NCBI GenBank assembly: GCA_964421935.1
Contig: CAYQZM010000207.1
Span: forward strand, 5,567-69,566
Source: an uncultured Rhizobium sp.
GTDB taxonomy: Bacteria; Pseudomonadota; Alphaproteobacteria; Micropepsales; Micropepsaceae
Direction: 5' to 3'
Length of the DNA: 64,000 nucleotides
Shown here: one piece after another, positions 8,301 through 15,221 of the stretch
Numbering within the stretch: position 1 is the stretch's first letter
How the letters are laid out: every line of letters begins with the position of its first letter
Translations under genes and position numbers: made by a program
The notes under the pieces: generated by a model
What the model was told of the DNA's origin: nothing
The model's input: the letters and a program-made list of their open reading frames with translations, nothing else
The model's database searches: none

Positions 8301-10295
8301 GCGCGCGGCGTTCGCCAAATCTTGGTGGATAGCTCCCATGGCAGCCGGGTCAGGTAGGTCCGATGTGCTGGGCAAGTCCGCGCCAATATAATCAAGGTCG
8401 GAGCCAAGTGCTTTGCGCGCTGCACGGGCGGCGTGAATTTCCTCTGGGCCAAATTGCGGTTTTCCAGCCTCCGAAAAAGCCGGCCTATCAACAAACCAGT
8501 CATAGCGGTCGCGATCTCGAACAATACGTTCGGCAAGCTCAATGGGCAAAATTCCATCGGTGTCTTTGGTCGCATCGACCCGCCGAAGATGTTTATCGGC
8601 AAATGCACGCATTTCGGCATCGATTTTGGTGATGCGGTGTTGGAGTTCAGTTATGCGCCCTTCGCTGTCGCGGACATCGCGCTCCATGCTCCGCGTGTCC
8701 AGCGACGCAATGCGTGACGCAAGCACATTAACTGTCGTCTCAAGTTGCTTGAGCCCCTCTCTTTCGGAGGTCAGCAAGCTGATTACGAGGTCTCTTATCC
8801 CTTCTGGGATTTGATCCCGAAGCACTGCAAGTGCGCCTTCGCTTTTGGAGGTGACAAGAACGCGACGCCCTGTGGCTAGATAATGACAGATTATGTTTGC
8901 AATGGTGTGCGTCTTCCCGGTGCCGGGAGGACCTTGAACAACCACTCCCTCTACACCCGGATCCTCCAGACGCTGCACGATTGCGATTTGCTCTTCATTG
9001 AAGGCTTTCGGAAAGAAAAACTGGGACTGGGAAAGCTGCCCCTCATTTGAACGGGATTGCTCGTATCCCGCGCTCGCAGCCATCCCTAGCGTGCCGAAAG
9101 CGCCGAGGGAGGTTGTGTATGTCTTTTCATCTGATGGCGAAGTTACGAGCGCCACAGCCGGAGCCGGCAGCGTTTCAGCAGATTCGACCGCCTCCCTCAA
9201 ACGCATCAAGTCGGCAGTGAAAAAATTCTCTGATCGCGGTCGTGCGTAAAGCGCCCAAGTATCAGTGAGAACGAGGTTTGGGCCAGCGGGCGGTACAGAC
9301 CTATCATCCGGTGGCACCGCATCGGGGTGGTATCGACCGCTTTTATCAAACTGCGCGCAAGCATAACGAAGAACAGGCGTATAGGTATCTTTGACGAAAG
9401 GAGAAAATTCATCCTCAATGACGCTACTGGTGAAATGTTCTCGTGCGAAGCGAGCAACTAAGTCGACGCCGGGGTTTTCCATGGCGTTGTAAGGCTTCAA
9501 GGCCAAAAACGGATCAAGACTTCGGGGCCTTACCAGAATGGCTCCGGCTTCATCGAGTTCCAGTTCGACCAGTTGCTCGATGAGCGGGTGATCCAATTCA
9601 TTTGGTGGCAACTTCCATCTCGCGATCCCCATGCCCCAAACGACCTCCAGGGGACGCTCCGCCCCTTCAAGCTTCAAGGCTTGTTGCAGGCCGAATACAC
9701 GTTCATAGATGTCTATAGTTTCGCGGCGTGGTTTTTCAGCTAGCGCCCACTGCGGCCACGTTTGGGTGACATAGGTCTCAACCTGCGCCTTCGCGTCCGG
9801 GAAGCGGTCGATGCGAAAAATAACATCGCACGAATCCTCGCCCGGCTTGGGCTTCAAAGTTTTCGATATATCCGTGGGATCGATTGTACCTGCCGCGACG
9901 AGCTTGGCAGCTTCTGTCGCGCTTATCACGGATGTGCGAAATGTCTCGACGAGCGGCTCTTTGAAAGGATCACGTCCGACCGTGAGCCAATCCTTCGCTT
10001 CCAGAGGGGGCTCGGGAGGATCGGTTCGCCGAAGACGGTCGATTTTTAGATAGACTACTCCATCCGCGTCTTTGATGTCGTGCCGTATTCCAATCCGATT
10101 GCGTAGGTCCTGTTCCGTGAGAACGAGATTGCTATAGCTCGACACTGACCAAACTGGCTTGTCTGCCATTTCGATCAACACCCGCACATAGTCGATAAGC
10201 TGGGACAAGCTCCGCTGTTCTTGAGAGAGCGGCGCTGCGTCAGAAATTTCCTCGGACGAATTCATAACGCCGCGTCCCCCTCGACTATCATTCAC
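5322..10295 (-). CDS. Giant SF1 (Upf1-like, DUF4011/AAA_11/AAA_12-type) helicase fused to a DUF559/Vsr-like PD-(D/E)xK nuclease and a GreA/GreB C-terminal-like domain
   Basis: Walker A [14 protein letters not shown] (~8907-8933). Motif II [9 protein letters not shown] (~6858-6880), then [33 protein letters not shown] and [10 protein letters not shown]. Nuclease module YSIDLVVEG...[37 protein letters not shown] (~5700-5990). The tail [22 protein letters not shown]...[37 protein letters not shown] aligns with the GreA C-domain. Alternative start ATG 10265 with GAGGGGGA upstream. Confidence 0.9.
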   Translation of the reverse strand: [1657 protein letters not shown]

Positions 10296-10689
10296 GATTC
10301 GCTGACTCTAGAAAACCTGATGGCAGGATACTAGCTCAAGGTAATTACTAGATCACTCTCGATCAGTCTCGGACTATCCAGCTTAACCTGAATTGTATCC
10401 CGTGTCCTCTGGTCTGCGAAATCATCGGAAGTCTCACCTGTCATGCATTCGATACACGAAGGAAAACTTCCGTGACACACGCACACCGGACCGCGACATT
10501 TCCGTACACGGAATTGCACGGTATGGTCGCTGCCGCAGGCCCGCATTGACCAAAACCACCTCAGCGGAAGTGGACGAGCGGTTCGCAATTTCGGTCTATT
10601 GAGTCATGCCCTGAACTGGCGAAAGTGTAAGAAACGGGATAGCTTGGCAATTGTCACTTGCGTCTCCCTCGTTATCAAGCTGGCTGTCC

Positions 10690-11814
10690 ATGACAATTAA
10701 GCTTCTTCACACCGCTGACTGGCAGATTGGCAAAGGCTTCGCCAACTTCGAGGGGGATGCAGGAGCGCTGCTGCGCGCTCAGCGGCTTAAAACGGTAGCG
10801 CGAATCGCCAATATCGCAAACGAGCAACGAGTCGATGTAGTGCTCGTGGCGGGAGACGTGTTCGAGACGAACGCAGTGGCTGATGACACGCTGCGGCGCA
10901 CATTGAACCACATGCAATCGTTCAAAGGGCCGTGGGTCCTATTGCCGGGCAACCACGACGCGGCACTCGCCGACAGCGTATGGACTCGCCTTACTCGCAT
11001 CGGATTGCCAGACAACGTGAAACTCGCAGTCCGGCCAGAGCCACTTCTGCTAATGAATGACCGGCTTGCGATTCTACCAGCGCCACTCGCGCGGCGTCAT
11101 GAGGCGACAGATATAACGGAATGGTTCGACACGGCGGTCACGCCGACCGGTGTCTTCCGGGTTGGTCTCGCTCACGGCAGCGTGGCGAACCGCCTGCCTC
11201 AAAAGTCAGATGCGCTGAATATGATCTCCGACACCCGCTCGGAAACGGCAAAGCTCGATTACCTTGCGCTGGGGGATTGGCATGGGACGCTGGAGATCGC
11301 GCCCCGCACTTGGTATTCCGGAACACCGGAGCCTGAGCGCTTCCGCAACAATGAGCCGGGTAACGTTCTGATGGTTACCCTCACCGGGGCCGGAAGCGCG
11401 CCTATGGTCGAAGTGGTCCCTGTGGGCCACTTTAGCTGGAAACAATTGGACCACACGGTCTCCAGCACTGATGACGTGGTGGTTCTCGATGGTCTGCTCG
11501 CCGCTGAGTCGCAGGCTGATCGGCTTGTCGTCAGTCTTACCGTCCGAGGAATAGTCGATCTCGCTACCCGGAGACTCGTGGAGGAACTGATAAACCGCCA
11601 TCGTGCGCGTTGCCACGTCCTCCGCACAGACGACGATGAGCTTGTAGGGGTGCCGAGCGATCAGGAGCTTGATCGCATTGATACAATGGGTTTCGTCCGC
11701 GCTGCCATCGATGAACTTCGGATCAAGGCAAACAACGCCAGCGATAGCGAGAGTCAGGTCGCGCGCGTGGCCTTGCAGAAGCTCTACCTCGAACACTTGC
11801 GGCTGGGTGATTGA
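10690..11814 (+). CDS. SbcD/Mre11-like metallophosphoesterase (DNA repair exonuclease family)
   Basis: Calcineurin-like phosphoesterase motifs are in order: LLHTADWQIGK, VLVAGDVFE, LLPGNHDAAL, LAHGSV, ALGDWHGT. The stop overlaps the next gene's start (ATGA at 11811-11814). The ORF track starts at 10651; ATG 10690 fits the family N-terminus. Confidence 0.8.
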   Translation: MTIKLLHTADWQIGKGFANFEGDAGALLRAQRLKTVARIANIANEQRVDVVLVAGDVFETNAVADDTLRRTLNHMQSFKGPWVLLPGNHDAALADSVWTRLTRIGLPDNVKLAVRPEPLLLMNDRLAILPAPLARRHEATDITEWFDTAVTPTGVFRVGLAHGSVANRLPQKSDALNMISDTRSETAKLDYLALGDWHGTLEIAPRTWYSGTPEPERFRNNEPGNVLMVTLTGAGSAPMVEVVPVGHFSWKQLDHTVSSTDDVVVLDGLLAAESQADRLVVSLTVRGIVDLATRRLVEELINRHRARCHVLRTDDDELVGVPSDQELDRIDTMGFVRAAIDELRIKANNASDSESQVARVALQKLYLEHLRLGD

Positions 11815-14468
11815 TGCAGATTCGCAAGATCGAAATACAGAATTACAAAAAGCTGATCGGGCCTGTTTTGATTGATAAGATCGGCGACGGAATCACCGTG
11901 ATCGCCGGAGATAATGAGGAAGGCAAAAGTACGCTTCTCCAAGCTCTTCGGGCAGCATTGTTCGACAGACATAATCTCACGGGGGACGCAGCGGATGCGA
12001 TGCAGCCCTTCGGACATCGTGTCCGTCCTGAGATCGGGCTCGAATTTGAGATCGGGGGCATCACCTACAGGCTCAAGAAAGGCTATTGCCAAAAGCCCCA
12101 TGCTGAACTCGTTATGCCGAACGGCGTCGTCCTGACGGGACCTGATGCCGAGGAGAAGCTCCAGGAGCTACTGCGCTTCCGCCCACCCGGAAAGGGCCAA
12201 GGGAAGCCAGAACAGCATCATGGCGTGTTCGGCATGTTCTGGATCGAGCAGGGCCGCGCTTTCAGCCCGCTCCCTCTAAGTCCGGACAACCGAACCACAT
12301 TGATGGGCGCGCTCGAAAGCGAAGTCGGCCAAGTGCTCGGCGGCGCGAGAGGCCGGACCCTAAAGGATAATATTGCCGCGCGTTATCGCGTGGTCTTCAC
12401 CGATGGCGGGAAACCCCGTGGCGCCTATGCGGAGGCGATTTCTCTGGCGGAAAAGCTGGAAGCGGAAATTGGCCCCAAGCGAGAGCAGCTAAAGCAATAT
12501 GAGGACAAAGTAGACGAATTGGCCCGAACGCGGGATCGGCTGTCTGGATATGAGAAGGAAGGGCGACTGGCCCGTGCGGAGGATGGTCTCAAGACCGCCC
12601 AAGCGAAGCTCGATCATATTGGCAACCTCGAAAACAATGTCGCCGCTGCTGAACAGGCATTTCGCCTAGCGGAAGCTGATGTCCGGTCCCCGACAACCGC
12701 CGTGACGCAGCGCGATGCTCTTATCGAACGTGAAAATAAAGATCGCGACGAGGCAGGCAGTTTCAATGTTCCACTAAAGAGAACCGAGGAAGCCGTTACG
12801 CGCTTGTCGGAAGACTTCACGGTGCGCGCTGATGCGCTCAAGGCCGCTGAGTCCATGTTGGATGAAGCGAATAAGAGACTTCTTGCAATTGACCAGACGA
12901 TTGAACGCCGGCGTTTGACCGCTGAGCGGGATCGTCTGGCGGCTGCGCTTGACGCAGCGAAAACTGCCGACGGCACCGCCCGAGAAGCCCGTGCCGAATC
13001 GTCGGCTATTAAAGTGGATGCCGCGGATCTGAAACGACTCCGGACTTTCGATCAGAAGCGGATTGAGGCAGAAGGCGCACTTGCCGGATGCTCTACGCTG
13101 ATTCAGTTTCAGTTGAAAGCGGATAATCCTGTAATGGTAGGCGGCACCGCAGCCCCATCGTCCGGCGACGTGTCCATAACCGATCCAACGAAGTTGGAGA
13201 TCGTAGGCACAGGCACCATCACGATTATTCCTGGCGGCGAAGAACTCTCGACGAAACGCAGGAACGCAGAAACTGCCCGCGAGGCATTCCATAGTGCTCT
13301 GCAGAAACTCGGGTGTGCCTCGCTCGCGGAAGTGGAACGCTCGGTGCAGGAACGCCAAGCTTACGATGCCGATGCGGACAAGTACGCGGAAGTGTTGAAA
13401 ATTCATGCACCCGAAGGTGTCGATAAACTCAGTGAACAACTGTCAGACGCTATCGCCTTAATAGCGAAACTTCCCGAGGCCGAGGATGATAGCGGCTTAG
13501 ACCGGGCCACCGCATTGGCAGCGCAACGAGAAGCCGACCAGCGAGTCAAGAGTGCGCGGACGCAGCGTGATACTTGCCAAGCGAAACTTGGCGAGGCTCA
13601 GCAGGAGTTGGCGAAGCAGCGAGCGCTCAGCAGTTCAGCCGCCCAGAAGGCCGCAGGCACCGCCGCCGAACTCGAACGGGCGCGTCAGGAGAAGGCCGAT
13701 AATGTGCTGCGCGGGGAATTGGCGACCGCGACAAATCAGCTAACTCAGGCGAAAGCCGTTCTTGAACAGGCTCAGCGGCTGCTCGCCGAGGCCGATCCCG
13801 AAGTAGCGCGGCTATCCTTTGAGAGTGCGCGCGACGGCCACAAGGCCATTCGAGACGAAATAGATAGATTATGCACCACGACCGAAAGGCTTGCCTTGGA
13901 ACTGCAATTGCTTGGGCAGCAAGGGCTTGGTGAAGCTATTCAGGAACTTGAGGGCCAGCTTGCCCTCGCAATAGCGCGGCGGGATAGCGCGAAGAAAGAT
14001 GCCGACGCCCTCAAACTTCTCTACCACACCCTTGTCCGTGCAGAGCAGCACGCTCGCGAAGCGTTCCTCGCCCCGGTGCAAAAGCGCGTGCAGCCCTATT
14101 TGAGACTACTCCTCCCGGAGAGTGAACTCGTGCTTTCCGAGGATGATCTTGGCGTCACGGCACTCCGGCGCAATGGGCAGGACGAGCCGTTTGAATCCCT
14201 CAGTGTAGGAGCGAGGGAACAGGTTGCCGTTCTCACGCGTCTAGCGTTCGCCGATTTGCTGCGCGAGCGAGGCGTCGTCGCGCCGGTTGTTCTCGATGAT
14301 GCGCTAGTGAATAGCGATCCGCGCCGTTTCGAGCGCATGTTGCTAGCGATCCGACGAGCGGCGAAGAATCTTCAAATCATCGTGCTGACCTGTGACGAGG
14401 CGGATTGGGTGCAGGCGGGCGCGCCGATGATCCGACTCCAAGATTGCATCGGCATGCGGGCAAACTAA
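11811..14468 (+). CDS. SbcC/Rad50/YhaN-like coiled-coil ABC-type ATPase (885 aa)
   Basis: N-terminal Walker A VIAGDNEEGKSTLLQALR. A ~550-aa Ala/Glu/Leu/Arg-rich coiled-coil middle. C-terminal signature/Walker B LSVGAREQVAVLTRLAFADLL...APVVLDDALVNSD...IIVLTCDE. Confidence 0.85.
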   Translation: MMQIRKIEIQNYKKLIGPVLIDKIGDGITVIAGDNEEGKSTLLQALRAALFDRHNLTGDAADAMQPFGHRVRPEIGLEFEIGGITYRLKKGYCQKPHAELVMPNGVVLTGPDAEEKLQELLRFRPPGKGQGKPEQHHGVFGMFWIEQGRAFSPLPLSPDNRTTLMGALESEVGQVLGGARGRTLKDNIAARYRVVFTDGGKPRGAYAEAISLAEKLEAEIGPKREQLKQYEDKVDELARTRDRLSGYEKEGRLARAEDGLKTAQAKLDHIGNLENNVAAAEQAFRLAEADVRSPTTAVTQRDALIERENKDRDEAGSFNVPLKRTEEAVTRLSEDFTVRADALKAAESMLDEANKRLLAIDQTIERRRLTAERDRLAAALDAAKTADGTAREARAESSAIKVDAADLKRLRTFDQKRIEAEGALAGCSTLIQFQLKADNPVMVGGTAAPSSGDVSITDPTKLEIVGTGTITIIPGGEELSTKRRNAETAREAFHSALQKLGCASLAEVERSVQERQAYDADADKYAEVLKIHAPEGVDKLSEQLSDAIALIAKLPEAEDDSGLDRATALAAQREADQRVKSARTQRDTCQAKLGEAQQELAKQRALSSSAAQKAAGTAAELERARQEKADNVLRGELATATNQLTQAKAVLEQAQRLLAEADPEVARLSFESARDGHKAIRDEIDRLCTTTERLALELQLLGQQGLGEAIQELEGQLALAIARRDSAKKDADALKLLYHTLVRAEQHAREAFLAPVQKRVQPYLRLLLPESELVLSEDDLGVTALRRNGQDEPFESLSVGAREQVAVLTRLAFADLLRERGVVAPVVLDDALVNSDPRRFERMLLAIRRAAKNLQIIVLTCDEADWVQAGAPMIRLQDCIGMRAN

Positions 14469-14498
14469 TAGTTGTAATATTCTAGGGACCGATTGAGC

Positions 14499-14627
14499 TC
14501 AAACCGTCCGGCGTCGCACGTGGACCTGGATGCGATAGCTGTCAAACTTCACTTCATGGACCCACTGCGGGCCGTTCGGGATAACATCGGATAGTGTCGC
14601 CAGCTTGGGATCAATGAAGCCGGGCAT
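14499..14627 (-). pseudogene. ligD: Truncated ATP-dependent DNA ligase LigD (first 42 codons only)
   Basis: The minus strand encodes MPGFIDPKLATLSDVIPNGPQWVHEVKFDSYRIQVHVRRRTV-stop. This matches the N-terminus of the LigD ligase domain, including adenylation motif I (K-x-D-G-x-R, here KFDSYR). Similarity ends ~30 nt from the SbcC-like stop codon. Too short for the ORF track. Confidence 0.6.
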
Positions 14628-14787
14628 CTCTGCCCCGGGTCCGGGTGACGGTCCTGGAGGCTAGCAGGTGCTTCGCGCGCATGGCAGCGACTCAGTGGCG
14701 GGAGCCAGAAAATGGCCCGCGTCCCGATCTCGGGAACCCCGCGATTTAACTCACGTTGGTTCTGATGGAGAACCCAGGGAGATTGCC

Positions 14788-14967
14788 ATGGCTACCAATG
14801 CACCTGCAGGTGATGGGCATCGCAACGGCGCCGTCCGGAAACGCACGCAGTTGAAGACCAAGGTGCAGGGCGAAGAGCGGTTCGTGAAGCGCAGCAAAGC
14901 GACCGGGCAGTTCATGGACCAAAAGGAGGACAGGACCAAGTTCAAGGGCGTCCGTCGCGAGAAGTGA
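14788..14967 (+). CDS. Small basic hypothetical protein (59 aa)
   Basis: ATG 14788 preceded by GGAGAACCCAGGGAG. Sequence MATNAPAGDGHRNGAVRKRTQLKTKVQGEERFVKRSKATGQFMDQKEDRTKFKGVRREK. Stop overlaps the next ORF's start (GTGA). Confidence 0.4.
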   Translation: MATNAPAGDGHRNGAVRKRTQLKTKVQGEERFVKRSKATGQFMDQKEDRTKFKGVRREK

Positions 14968-15212
14968 CAGGGCAGGAACGCAGCCTTCAGCCCCACGGCC
15001 ACACGTCCGACTGCCCGGACAAGGGTAAAGGCGAGGAATGCGCCGATTCTGCAGGCAACCATACGGACATCTTCTGTGACGGATGCCACGAGTGGTTTAC
15101 CGAGCCCCAGGTCCTGCGCAACGGCTCTGATATAGCCTGGCCCTCGGGGTGGACTGAGGAACAAGCCGGGCGTTGGCGGAAGGACCACCATCTAGAGCGC
15201 CCGTCTGCTTAG
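14964..15212 (+). CDS. Small Cys-containing protein (82 aa) with C-terminal W-T-E-E-x-A-x-R-W-R-K motif
   Basis: Four Cys (DCPDKGKGEEC...FCDGCHEW). The C-terminus QVLRNGSDIAWPSGWTEEQAGRWRKDHHL is paralogous to that of ORF 3475..3660. Confidence 0.45.
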   Translation: MTGQERSLQPHGHTSDCPDKGKGEECADSAGNHTDIFCDGCHEWFTEPQVLRNGSDIAWPSGWTEEQAGRWRKDHHLERPSA

Positions 15213-15221
15213 GCTGGCGGC

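Noticed and set aside
10645-10661. sigma-54-like TGGCA...TTGC upstream of the SbcD-like gene
   Set aside because: GG and GC are separated by 12 nt rather than the canonical 10, so the -24/-12 geometry is not met.
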